The position numbers and the translations under genes are program-made. From positions 1 to 64,000 of the forward strand of contig CAVYRJ010000011.1 in NCBI GenBank assembly GCA_963770935.1: 64,000 bases of DNA, written 5' to 3'. Origin of the DNA: Candidatus Bathyarchaeota archaeon (GTDB lineage Archaea; Thermoproteota; Bathyarchaeia; Bathyarchaeales; Bathycorpusculaceae). The notes under the pieces are model-generated. The model saw nothing but the letters and a program-made list of their open reading frames with translations. It did not search any database and had not been told where the DNA came from. Below are positions 10,623 through 19,649 of the stretch, one piece after another. The number at the start of each line of letters is the position of its first letter. Positions within the stretch are counted from its first letter, which is position 1.

Positions 10623-10751
10623 CCCAAAACAGCCCCTTTTAAAAGGTATTGCGCTCCTTCTGAAATCAAAAAAATGATCGCGAAAAAAATTTTGACTAAT
10701 AAAAGGGAAAACCCTCTCGCTAAATGAGAGATTTAGGTGTAGAACCTTATT

Positions 10752-10931
10752 TTACTCGACTACCTGAATTGCACCTTCGGGGCATTGTGCTTCACATGCT
10801 CTGCAAACCAAGCATTCGCTTTCTTTGCTTGGAACAGATTTGCCGTCTTTGATTTCGTAAACGCCGACGGGGCAAGTGTTGACACAAGTTTCGCATCCAG
10901 TGCATTTAGGATCGACAACAATTTTTACCAT
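10752..10931 (-). CDS. 2x[4Fe-4S] ferredoxin (59 aa)
   Basis: Manually read: MVKIVVDPKCTGCETCVNTCPVGVYEIKDGKSVPSKESECLVCRACEAQCPEGAIQVVE*; missed by the 60-aa ORF cutoff. Confidence 0.93.
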   Translation of the reverse strand: MVKIVVDPKCTGCETCVNTCPVGVYEIKDGKSVPSKESECLVCRACEAQCPEGAIQVVE

Positions 10932-10995
10932 TTTGTCTACCTCTGGGATATTTTACTCCAAAAGTTGATGAGTAAAATAAAAGGGTTTAGGTGTT

Positions 10996-12813
10996 TTAGC
11001 GTATTTTTTCACGTAATCTAAGCAAGATTCCGTTAATGGCTGATTCAGCTTTGTCTTTTTGTTTCTGGTAGTCACCGATGCTTCGCTTGTAGACTTCAAG
11101 TGAAATTTCTCCCGTGCTTTGACGTGTTTCTAGGGTTTTGATTTTTTCTTCAGCTTCAGCTAAATCTTCTTCAGCTAAATCCAGCTGCTTGACCAGATCC
11201 GTGTAGCTGCCGGTTGTGCCTTTGAGGTTTTCTTTTGTTCTCGCGATATTTCTGTTTATGCCCTCTAAACGAATCTCTATCGCGTTTTTTTGTACCTTGT
11301 ATTGGCGCCTTGGGATTTTTCCTTTCTGGGCCTTTGCATCCATCGATTTTAATTCATTTGTTAGCTGTTTTTTATCCTCGTATGCGTCTATGAATTCTCT
11401 AATGTTACCTGCAGAAGCATACTGCTTTGTCTTAAGTTCCGCACCCTTAGTTTGCGGTACAGAGGTTGTTGTTTCGGTTTCGAGTGTTGATAGACGTTCG
11501 GTTTTTTCAGCATATGTTTCCTCTTTGGGGTTGTGTCTTCTAACGAAAAATGCCGCTATGCATCCTACAACTGCTAATAATGAAGCCCAAAAAGTAGGTC
11601 GAAGAGAAATCCATACAGGATTGTAGTCAAATGATAATTGGATAGTGTTCTGTTGAGGTACAAGGTAATCCACGTAACTTAAGCCATCTTTTGAAATTGT
11701 TAGGCTGTCTTGGTAGGTTTGCCTCGTTAAGGTTGAAGTAGAATCAAGTGAGCTTGCTTGTGGACTAACAATTGTTGCTCCTTCAGGCGGTGTAAATGTT
11801 ATTGTTGCCTGATTAACGTAATAGATGAATTTTGGAAAGAGCTTGAAATCTGATAAAATGTAGTTAGCTCCTTGAAGAGTTGCACTTGGCAAATTGTACT
11901 GTGCCGATAGCAAGCTTGATTGTCCTGTGGTTAAAAATGTAATCAGGGTAGCGTTGGCAAGAAGTATATTGTCTGTTGCAGCAAACTCAAGGTCAGTTAC
12001 TAAGGCTCTCCCGAATTCATCCCTGAGTGCAACGTTAGAAGCATCAGCTGGTAAAGTTGCAACGAAAGATTTTAGGGTAGTTAAGGAATCGCTAATGATT
12101 CGGTAGTTATCAGCGACGGTTACTTTGCCTGTTGGATCGATTGTTATTTCGCGGTTCAAGCCACTTACAGTGGTTAATTGTAGCGTTCCAGTGGGCAGTT
12201 GGAAGTTGGCTGTACCCACAGAATATGTGTAAGCTGGAAGATTTGTTTTTGTGTAAACCGCGTTGTTAACAGCTCCATCATCCTTTGTAATTGTTAAGGT
12301 TGTTGGGACGCCTGGAAAAATAATTGTTACGTTGCAGGTGCCAACGTCTTTTGCTAAACTTGGGTAAGCTGGGAAATCCAGCGTGTCGCCGCTGCTTTGC
12401 TCAGTAATGAGCTTGTTGGATAGGATAAATGCTACGGTGAAAACGCTGGGTGTGTTTCCATTGAAATCAACTGTTGCACCATAGAATCCGCTGACTTGAC
12501 CTAATTGGACACCTAAATTCAATCGGTAAACATGGGTGTCATCGTAAGCGAAGCCCTCAAGGACATTAGCGCTGTACTTGTAGGGCAACCCTATCATGAA
12601 GCCGTCGGTTACCTGTCCCGAAATATGAATCGTATCCAGAATAACTACGTGCCCAGAATGCATGACTTGAACCTGATGATCTACTCTATCGATATTGTAG
12701 CTGCTTGTTTGGGCCGAAACAATGCCGGAAGAAAAAACAACTGGCAGGATAACAAGTAAAGAGAAAGCCACGATTAAGAGGGTTGCATTTGTTCGTTTCA
12801 CTGAATTCACCAA
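10996..12813 (-). CDS. Single-pass membrane protein, ribophorin I (Ost1/RPN1)-like, with cytoplasmic coiled coil
   Basis: Signal peptide, beta-rich ectodomain with LRDEFG motif, one TM helix near aa 407-424, helical C-terminal tail. Confidence 0.6.
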   Translation of the reverse strand: MVNSVKRTNATLLIVAFSLLVILPVVFSSGIVSAQTSSYNIDRVDHQVQVMHSGHVVILDTIHISGQVTDGFMIGLPYKYSANVLEGFAYDDTHVYRLNLGVQLGQVSGFYGATVDFNGNTPSVFTVAFILSNKLITEQSSGDTLDFPAYPSLAKDVGTCNVTIIFPGVPTTLTITKDDGAVNNAVYTKTNLPAYTYSVGTANFQLPTGTLQLTTVSGLNREITIDPTGKVTVADNYRIISDSLTTLKSFVATLPADASNVALRDEFGRALVTDLEFAATDNILLANATLITFLTTGQSSLLSAQYNLPSATLQGANYILSDFKLFPKFIYYVNQATITFTPPEGATIVSPQASSLDSTSTLTRQTYQDSLTISKDGLSYVDYLVPQQNTIQLSFDYNPVWISLRPTFWASLLAVVGCIAAFFVRRHNPKEETYAEKTERLSTLETETTTSVPQTKGAELKTKQYASAGNIREFIDAYEDKKQLTNELKSMDAKAQKGKIPRRQYKVQKNAIEIRLEGINRNIARTKENLKGTTGSYTDLVKQLDLAEEDLAEAEEKIKTLETRQSTGEISLEVYKRSIGDYQKQKDKAESAINGILLRLREKIR

Positions 12814-12974
12814 ACGTGAAGTTTCTTTAATGTTAGGTCAACCTGTTTATTTACTTTTACAGTAAACAGAGATGTATTTAGGGCTTAAGAATAACGAAGC
12901 CTACTTAAAAGAGTTCAAGATTCGATCTACCATAAATGGGAAATTGCCTGGTTAGGAAGTAAAAATTTGTTTGT

Positions 12975-13053
12975 TGGTAGCGGGGAGTAGATTTGAACTA
13001 CTGATCTCTGGGTTATGAGCCCAGCGGGTTAATCCTGGCTACCCCACCCCGCT
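12975..13053 (-). tRNA. tRNA-Met(CAT), initiator type
   Basis: AGCGGGGTGGGGTAGCCAGG...GGGCTCATAACCC...GTTCAAATC...CCCCGCTACCA; A1-U72 pair and three G-C pairs in the anticodon stem. Confidence 0.96.
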
Positions 13054-13162
13054 ACGGGTTTAGGCGATATTTTAGGATTGCATCCTATTAGTTGAGGCGT
13101 CAAATATTAATAGTTTCTTTTTCGTTTTTGCAAAAGGATTTTAGTGTCGAACATTCTTCTGT

Positions 13163-13849
13163 ATGGACGGATGGTTTACTTTGGATAAGCCGTATTTGCG
13201 TAGACTTTCGAGTCCAACTCTTGAAAACCCAATTTTTGTTCAAGGGCTCCCAGGATTCGGAAACGTTGGCAGGATAGCGGCGCATTTGCTTATAAAGTTC
13301 TTTGATGCCAAGCCTTTTGCAGAGTTGTATTCGCCTACTTTTCCAGATTACGTAGCCATAACTTCCAAGGGCATCTGCAATTTGCCACGCTACGAATTCT
13401 ATTACGCCCCCATTGAGAAAAACAACCTAGTTATCATGACAGGTGAAATTCAGCCTTCCTTTGACGACGTTGTTGCGCATTATACGGTTTGTGATTCAGT
13501 GCTTGATTTCGTTGAAACTTTAGGCTGCAAATTCATCGTAACTATGGGCGGTGTGCCTATAACTGAAGATAAGACTCAGGTTTACATCGCCGCAACATCT
13601 CCACGACTGGCAACTGAATTTATGGAGAAGGGTGCGGTCATCTATAGCAAGGGCAGAATTGTCGGTGGAACAGGTCTTACGCTTGCGTTGGCGAAGGAAA
13701 GAAAGATCGATGGCATCAGTTTATTGGGTACAACGATGGGTTTTAAAGCTGATAGAGGTGCTGGATTCTTGGTTTTCAAGTTTTTAATGAAAGCATTAGG
13801 AAAAGAGATAAAAGAAGGGTTAGTAGAAAACAATGCACCTGAAGAGTAA
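13163..13849 (+). CDS. PAC2 (proteasome assembly chaperone) family protein
   Basis: QGLPGFGNVGRIAA, LYSPTFP, TMGG, GRIVG. Confidence 0.88.
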   Translation: MDGWFTLDKPYLRRLSSPTLENPIFVQGLPGFGNVGRIAAHLLIKFFDAKPFAELYSPTFPDYVAITSKGICNLPRYEFYYAPIEKNNLVIMTGEIQPSFDDVVAHYTVCDSVLDFVETLGCKFIVTMGGVPITEDKTQVYIAATSPRLATEFMEKGAVIYSKGRIVGGTGLTLALAKERKIDGISLLGTTMGFKADRGAGFLVFKFLMKALGKEIKEGLVENNAPEE

Positions 13850-13862
13850 GAAGTTGGCGTTC

Positions 13863-14096
13863 ATGACTGAAGATAATGAAAACATAGAAGTTAGCGGTAT
13901 AGACTCAAAATTCACGAGAATAGCATTAACCATAGTCTCTGTGTTCTTGATATTTGTGGGTCCAACTTACATTCCGTATTTGCTGTCGGATATCCTTCAC
14001 GTTGATTACATTGCTTCCATAGCTGTTGGCGCTGTTCTGTTCATAGTGGGCTTAGTAATGCTGATTTATCTTATCAGAAAGAAAGTGATAGAGTAG
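13863..14096 (+). CDS. Small two-TM membrane protein
   Basis: Two hydrophobic helices; follows PAC2 closely. Confidence 0.7.
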   Translation: MTEDNENIEVSGIDSKFTRIALTIVSVFLIFVGPTYIPYLLSDILHVDYIASIAVGAVLFIVGLVMLIYLIRKKVIE

Positions 14097-14254
14097 ACTT
14101 TGCCTCAGATACCCTAGGGTGCATCATCAAATCAGCTAATTAGGTTCTTCATCGGCATCCCATAAGGAAGGAAGCTGTTTTATTAAGCATTCTTAGTCCG
14201 AAACACTGGTTTTTACACCAATTTTTAATACCCCTGTTTGACAAAGGGATAGCC

Positions 14255-14470
14255 ATGAAGAATTCCGAGTGTACAATCTACATCATGTTCAAGGACAGAT
14301 GGCTGCAGAAGTTCAGAAAGGAAGAGGATTGTTGGAAAGAGTACAGCCGAAATGGAACAGTTCGCCCATGCACTGCAGAACAATTTATTTCTCATATCCT
14401 TCCGCCCTTAGCTGGAATAAAAGGACCAAACGTAACCGTCAAGGTTGAGCCAGATAAGATTGAAAGCTAA
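14255..14470 (+). CDS. Hypothetical protein (71 aa)
   Basis: ATG ORF after a TATA-like TTTTTAATA; normal composition. Confidence 0.6.
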   Translation: MKNSECTIYIMFKDRWLQKFRKEEDCWKEYSRNGTVRPCTAEQFISHILPPLAGIKGPNVTVKVEPDKIES

Positions 14471-14991
14471 TGACGACTCAGTTCTTTAAGCAAAGCTTTA
14501 GCTTCAGTGGGAAGTTTGGGTTTGTTTCTTCGGCTTATTATCAAGAACAAGGATCCGATAAGAATTAATGCTGCCCCGAAAAACGCTACACTTTCCTTGG
14601 GCAAGAACCCCAAATTAAGTCCAATGGTGAAAAAAATCATTGCAATCCCCATCACAACCATTATCCAGTTATTCATGGCGGCCGTTGATTGCAATGCAAA
14701 TTCCTTCTTTCCTGTATCAGTGACGAGAAATTGACCCTGTTTTTCATCAATCATTCCTGCGTTCATTAAGTAATTCCAGTCGTAGTGGAAATGCCCGTCA
14801 GACTTGTAACCCAACGCAGAACAGATGCTAGATTTTACGCCTGGTTCAGCTTTAATTTTGCTGCTTGGGGCAGAATAGATGAAATAAAGCAGTTTCGTCC
14901 TTGGTGATTGAAGATCTGTATTTATTCCACGTGACTTAGTCAAATTCGACCCTGCCCTTGATACTTGTAGAGGTGAAGATAAAAGCTTCAC
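14467..14991 (-). CDS. Membrane-tethered winged-helix regulator (wHTH + 2 TM)
   Basis: HTH-like ICSALGY..HYDWNYLMNAGMI, wing FLVTDTGK, two C-terminal TM helices. Confidence 0.65.
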   Translation of the reverse strand: MKLLSSPLQVSRAGSNLTKSRGINTDLQSPRTKLLYFIYSAPSSKIKAEPGVKSSICSALGYKSDGHFHYDWNYLMNAGMIDEKQGQFLVTDTGKKEFALQSTAAMNNWIMVVMGIAMIFFTIGLNLGFLPKESVAFFGAALILIGSLFLIISRRNKPKLPTEAKALLKELSRH

Positions 14992-15039
14992 CCTTGCACT
15001 TGTTCGTGTTTTTAGCTGCTACAAGGTTTTTTTATGACT

Positions 15040-15103
15040 CTAACCCTTAGAGCTACCTCTCTAAATGTTAGTACTGTTCTTGAGTTATTTTTCTAAATGT
15101 TAG
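15040..15103. promoter_or_regulatory. Three CTAA-N3-TTAG palindromic operator-like sites
   Basis: CTAAcccTTAG 15040-15050, CTAAatgTTAG 15061-15071 and 15093-15103, in a divergent intergenic region. Confidence 0.55.
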
Positions 15104-15164
15104 GGCTATATTCAGAATCTAACATGTAAGGAATCAGAGAAAATAAGAAAACGGAGGAAAAAAA

Positions 15165-15821
15165 ATGAATGTAAATTTCGAATACAGCAAAACTTTAGCC
15201 ATTGAAGGCTCGATACTTCTTTTGCTCAGCTTAATTCCTTATGTAGGCTGGGTATTAGGTATAGTTGGTGTAGTCCTGCTCTTGAGGAGTATGAAGGAAT
15301 TCTCAAACTACTATCAAGACGAACAAATTTACAAAGATGCATTCACGGGAGTCAAATACTACATAGTTGCTATTGTGGCAGCGGCCGTCTCCATTGCAGC
15401 TATCACAATAGGAGTCTGGTCCGCAACAGGCTTTACAGCTGACTTTGTGCTCACAGCAGGCTTTGGAATTGGCTTGGTAGCTTTCTTTACAGGTCTAGTT
15501 TTTGCGTTCGTGTTCTATGTACTTGCAGCATCGCACCTAAAAAGAACCTTCAATACTCTTGCACAAAAATCGGGTGAAGCATCGTTTAGCACTGCCGGCA
15601 CATTGCTCTGGATAGGTTCAATACTAACAATCATTCTGGTCGGCTTAATACTGATATTCATTGCTTGGATATTTGCAACAATTGGATTCTTCACCATGAA
15701 ATCCCGTCAATACCAACAATACATCCCGCAACCAAACAGCTATGGTTACACCCCGCCGTCGATGCAGCCAGAGCAACCAAGGAGCACGGCAACCAATAAA
15801 AACGAGTCTGGACAACCATAA
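15165..15821 (+). CDS. DUF996-family membrane protein
   Basis: Multi-TM; FSTAGTLLWIGSILTIILVG pattern; Pro/Gln-rich tail. Confidence 0.8.
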   Translation: MNVNFEYSKTLAIEGSILLLLSLIPYVGWVLGIVGVVLLLRSMKEFSNYYQDEQIYKDAFTGVKYYIVAIVAAAVSIAAITIGVWSATGFTADFVLTAGFGIGLVAFFTGLVFAFVFYVLAASHLKRTFNTLAQKSGEASFSTAGTLLWIGSILTIILVGLILIFIAWIFATIGFFTMKSRQYQQYIPQPNSYGYTPPSMQPEQPRSTATNKNESGQP

Positions 15822-15843
15822 ACTTAAGGAGAAATGGAATTTG

Positions 15844-16413
15844 ATGACCGAGGTAACTGAAGTCGAAGAAAGTTCGTTTTGGGGCAAGTTCCTAAGAAAG
15901 CATTGGCAGGCATTTGCAGCTTTTGTAGCAGCCGTCATTTTGGCGGTTATAGGCGCAGTCTATGTCTTTGTCTGGTTCACAGGAAACGCCCAGTCCACAG
16001 GTCTGGTCCCAGAAACTCTTGGACTATGGACGATGGGCAACGTAGTGTTGTTTATTCTGCATGCTATCTTCTGGGAGCTTGTCCTAATCGGAGTCCCTGT
16101 GGCTATAGGTGCAGTAGTAGGTTGGCAATGGTGGAAAAGACTGCCGAATGAAGAAAAGAAGGAATATCATCTATCTGGGAAGCGCTCACGTTCAAGCAGA
16201 GCAGGAGGAGCAATCTCGCCATTACTGTTCATCGCATTCGCCATTAAAGTCTACGTCGACGGGAACTGGAATGTTGCCATCTCAACATATTCTTTAGACT
16301 ACATCGTAGGTTCAATGGTTACAATACTAATCTGGATGGTTGCCATCTTCGCTATTCCTGCAATAATAGGGATCATCTGGTGGATACGCCATGAGATGAA
16401 CAAAAAACCCTAA
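15844..16413 (+). CDS. Hypothetical four-TM membrane protein
   Basis: Hydrophobic helices; 22 bp downstream of the DUF996 gene. Confidence 0.75.
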   Translation: MTEVTEVEESSFWGKFLRKHWQAFAAFVAAVILAVIGAVYVFVWFTGNAQSTGLVPETLGLWTMGNVVLFILHAIFWELVLIGVPVAIGAVVGWQWWKRLPNEEKKEYHLSGKRSRSSRAGGAISPLLFIAFAIKVYVDGNWNVAISTYSLDYIVGSMVTILIWMVAIFAIPAIIGIIWWIRHEMNKKP

Positions 16414-16556
16414 CCTTTTTTTTGTTAACATGCTAATTGCAGTGCTTTTTGTGTCGAATTGCAACCAGTCTGTATGCTGGCTTCTAGGAACCTTTAGTTT
16501 GAATATGTTTGCTGAATACATAAGGCATATTAAATATTACTATATGAATAGGTTCT

Positions 16557-17144
16557 ATGTTCAACAGCCATAGAAACATCCCTAATGCGCCAAAGGAGAA
16601 AAGTGTAGAAGCAAAAAGAACAACCATCATCCTGGAAAAGAGCGAGCGCGAATTTATCGAGTCATTGATTAAAGAAGGCAAAGAACCAGGGATTAAACCG
16701 CTTATCTCAAAAATGCTCGATATCTACAAGAGCATGATGGTTTACGATTGGCATTTTCCAGGCGAGTACTACTGTGGAATAAGCCGGACCGCCTTCATCA
16801 ATGTCGAACTGCTAAACATACTTACGCAGCAGATTCCTAAGGAAAAATGGCCAGAAGTCGGAGAAAAGATGGGTGATGCCCTAAAAGTCTCAATACAGTC
16901 AACACTGGGCGTAGATACAAGCAATCAGGATAATTGGGACGCTGTGTTTAGAAGGCTCAAGGTGCAGGGATTTGGCGATTTCTACCTTAAAGACAAGTTC
17001 TTGCTTTTGAAAACGCCTTTCATCCACGATTGTGAGATCTGGAAGGGTATAATGGAAGGATTACTTAGTGTGGAGTTGGAGACAAGGAACTCTGTGGCTC
17101 CGCTGGTTTTTGAGATTAGGAAGTACAATTTGGGTTCAGTTTAG
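16557..17144 (+). CDS. Putative regulator: N-terminal ribbon-helix-helix-like domain plus V4R-like ligand domain
   Basis: KRTTIILEKSEREFIESLIKEG (beta-helix-helix pattern); C-terminal QGFG..WKGIMEGLL. Confidence 0.55.
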   Translation: MFNSHRNIPNAPKEKSVEAKRTTIILEKSEREFIESLIKEGKEPGIKPLISKMLDIYKSMMVYDWHFPGEYYCGISRTAFINVELLNILTQQIPKEKWPEVGEKMGDALKVSIQSTLGVDTSNQDNWDAVFRRLKVQGFGDFYLKDKFLLLKTPFIHDCEIWKGIMEGLLSVELETRNSVAPLVFEIRKYNLGSV

Positions 17145-17367
17145 AATCCGACAGTTAAATATTAGGAAACAGATTTATTAGGAAGACAGACGTTCAGGTG
17201 TCTTCCAGTGGTATATGATGAGGGATTGCGTTCATACAAGGCGATTGCCTTCATTGAAAGCGTAACAACAGTTAGCTATTTGAAATTAGGCGCAACCCCC
17301 AAAAGAACTGTTTTGTGCAGACAAAATTCCCTTAGATACCTCTCTAAAAGTTTAGGAGAAAAAATTT

Positions 17368-18369
17368 ATGGATAAAATAAAATTTGCAATCCCAAAAGGC
17401 TCCCTAGAAAAAGCAACCGCTGAGTTCTTTTCTAAATCAGGATTCAAAATTGGTGGAACAGAACGAACATATCGACCAACAATAAACGACCCACAAATCG
17501 AAATGAAAGTTTTAAGACCCCAAGAAATCCCAGTTTTTGTCAACGAAGGACTTCAAGACCTTGGCATCACGGGGGAAGATTGGGTTAAAGAAAACAAAGC
17601 AGACGTCGAAATCCTACAAAACCTTGAATACGGAAAAATCAAACTAATTATCGCTGTACCAAAAAGTGTTCCAGAAAAAAGCACCCTGGGTGAGTTTATG
17701 GAGTCGATTTGGAGTCAAGGCAAAAACTTCCGCATCAGCACAGAGTACCTAAACATTGCTTCTGAATACCTCAAAAACACACCCCAGTATAAGAAGCGGT
17801 TTGGCAACGCCGATCCCATGATTGTAACGCCGTGGTGGAGAAAAGGCGACAACTTAAGAGCAAAGATTTTCTTGTCCTTTGGAGCGACTGAGGCTAAGCC
17901 GCCAGAAGACTCCGACTGCATTATGGACGTAACCGAAACAGGCACGACAATTGAAGCAAACAACCTGAGAATCATCGAAACCGTCCTGAAGTCGTCCGCT
18001 GTACTTATTGCCAACAAGAAAAGCCTCGAAGATCCTGAGAAACGAGAGAAAATCTACGACATAGTAGCACTGTTAAAAGGCGTCGTAGATGGCTCAAAGA
18101 GAATTCACATATTTGTTAATGTCAAAAAAGCGAATCTTCAACGGTTGCTTACAGAATTGCCTGCCTTAAAGAACCCGACCATATCGCCGCTGGCAGACGA
18201 CACATGGGTTAGCGTAAACACTGTCATCGAAAAAGATTGCTTAATCGAGCTGTTGCCCAAGATTCGTGAATTAGCCCAAGGATTAGTCGTTTATGAGCCG
18301 CGGCAGGTGCTGGCGCTCGACGAGATAGCACGGAGAAAAGAAGGTCAATGCGCGAAGGATTCACCGTAA
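17368..18369 (+). CDS. hisG: ATP phosphoribosyltransferase (long form)
   Basis: AIPKGSL, RPQEIP, DLGITGED, GATE, DVTETGTT. Confidence 0.96.
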   Translation: MDKIKFAIPKGSLEKATAEFFSKSGFKIGGTERTYRPTINDPQIEMKVLRPQEIPVFVNEGLQDLGITGEDWVKENKADVEILQNLEYGKIKLIIAVPKSVPEKSTLGEFMESIWSQGKNFRISTEYLNIASEYLKNTPQYKKRFGNADPMIVTPWWRKGDNLRAKIFLSFGATEAKPPEDSDCIMDVTETGTTIEANNLRIIETVLKSSAVLIANKKSLEDPEKREKIYDIVALLKGVVDGSKRIHIFVNVKKANLQRLLTELPALKNPTISPLADDTWVSVNTVIEKDCLIELLPKIRELAQGLVVYEPRQVLALDEIARRKEGQCAKDSP

Positions 18370-19649
18370 AAGTCTGGGACTCCAAAGAGCTACCTGCCGA
18401 CTGGTTTAGAAGGCAACAGGCAGACCAAAAAGCAACCTTGGAATTGGAAACCAGCGTTAAAGCCATAATAAACCAGGTAAAAGCAGAAGGTGACAGGGCA
18501 TTGGTTGAGTTTGCCCTGAAATTTGACAAAGTCGAACTTGACCTGCGAGGACTCAAAGTTAAACCCGCAGAAGTCAAAGAAGCCTACACAAAAACCAGCC
18601 CCGAACAAATTTCTGCTCTAAAATTCATGAAAGAAAAAGTCAGCGCATTCCAAAAACAACTGCTGACACAAACCGACATCAAAGCGGTAAATGACGGAAT
18701 TTCCGTTCAGACTGTTTTGCGCCCAATCGAGAGTGTCGGATGCTACGTCCCAGGCGGACAAGCAGCTTACCCTAGCACTTTGGTTATGACGGTGGTTCCA
18801 GCCAAAGTGGCAGGTGTACCCAGAATTGTTGTTTGTTCACCTTCAGATGCTAAGGGCAAAGTTAACCCGTTGGTTTTGGTCGCCGCTGACATCTGCAATG
18901 TCAACGAGGTATACAAGGTGGGAGGCGCCCAGGCTATCGCAGCTTTAGCCTACGGAACAAAAACTATAGCGCCGGTGCGAAAAATCGTTGGTCCAGGCAG
19001 CAAATACGTGACCGCCGCCAAAGTGTTGGTTTCCACCGATGTCGCCATTGACATGCCTGCGGGTCCAAGCGAAGTTCTAGTTTTAGCTGACGAGTCAGCC
19101 GATTCGCGGCTTATCGCTTATGACATGATTTCGCAGGCTGAGCATGGCGGCGACAGTGTGGCTGGGCTCATAACAAACTCGAAAAAAGTGTCCATCGACG
19201 TTCAGATGAACCTTGCAAAATTTGCTGCTTTAGCGCCAAGAAGCGAAAAAATCTTTGAGTCACTTTCAAAATACGGCTTCATATTAGAGTGCAGTGGCAT
19301 CGAGGAAATGGTTAATTTATCCAACCAGTTTGCTCCTGAACACTTAGAAGTTATGGCTGCTAACGCCAAAGAGTTAGCGAAAGAACTCGTTGCGGGCTTA
19401 ATTCTGATCGGTCCCTACAGTCCTGTTGCCCTAAGCGACTACGGTAGCGGAACCAACCACGTACTGCCCACAGGCGGATTCGCACAATCGTTCTCAGGCT
19501 TATCAGCTTTTGACTTTATGCGGCGAGTAAGCATAGTTGAAAGCTCAAGAACTGGCTTAGAAAGAGCAAAGGACAGCATCAAAGTATTGACGGAAGCTGA
19601 GAACCTTCCAAACCACTACAAAGCAATAGCGGCAAGGTTTGAAAAATGA
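18348..19649 (+). CDS. hisD: Histidinol dehydrogenase
   Basis: YVPGG, DMPAGPSE, SQAEH, APEHL, GTNHVLPT. Confidence 0.97.
   Translation: MREGFTVKVWDSKELPADWFRRQQADQKATLELETSVKAIINQVKAEGDRALVEFALKFDKVELDLRGLKVKPAEVKEAYTKTSPEQISALKFMKEKVSAFQKQLLTQTDIKAVNDGISVQTVLRPIESVGCYVPGGQAAYPSTLVMTVVPAKVAGVPRIVVCSPSDAKGKVNPLVLVAADICNVNEVYKVGGAQAIAALAYGTKTIAPVRKIVGPGSKYVTAAKVLVSTDVAIDMPAGPSEVLVLADESADSRLIAYDMISQAEHGGDSVAGLITNSKKVSIDVQMNLAKFAALAPRSEKIFESLSKYGFILECSGIEEMVNLSNQFAPEHLEVMAANAKELAKELVAGLILIGPYSPVALSDYGSGTNHVLPTGGFAQSFSGLSAFDFMRRVSIVESSRTGLERAKDSIKVLTEAENLPNHYKAIAARFEK

Noticed and set aside
17215-17221. ATGATGA as a C box of a C/D guide sRNA
   Set aside because: No properly spaced CTGA D box was found downstream; retained only as part of the his leader observation
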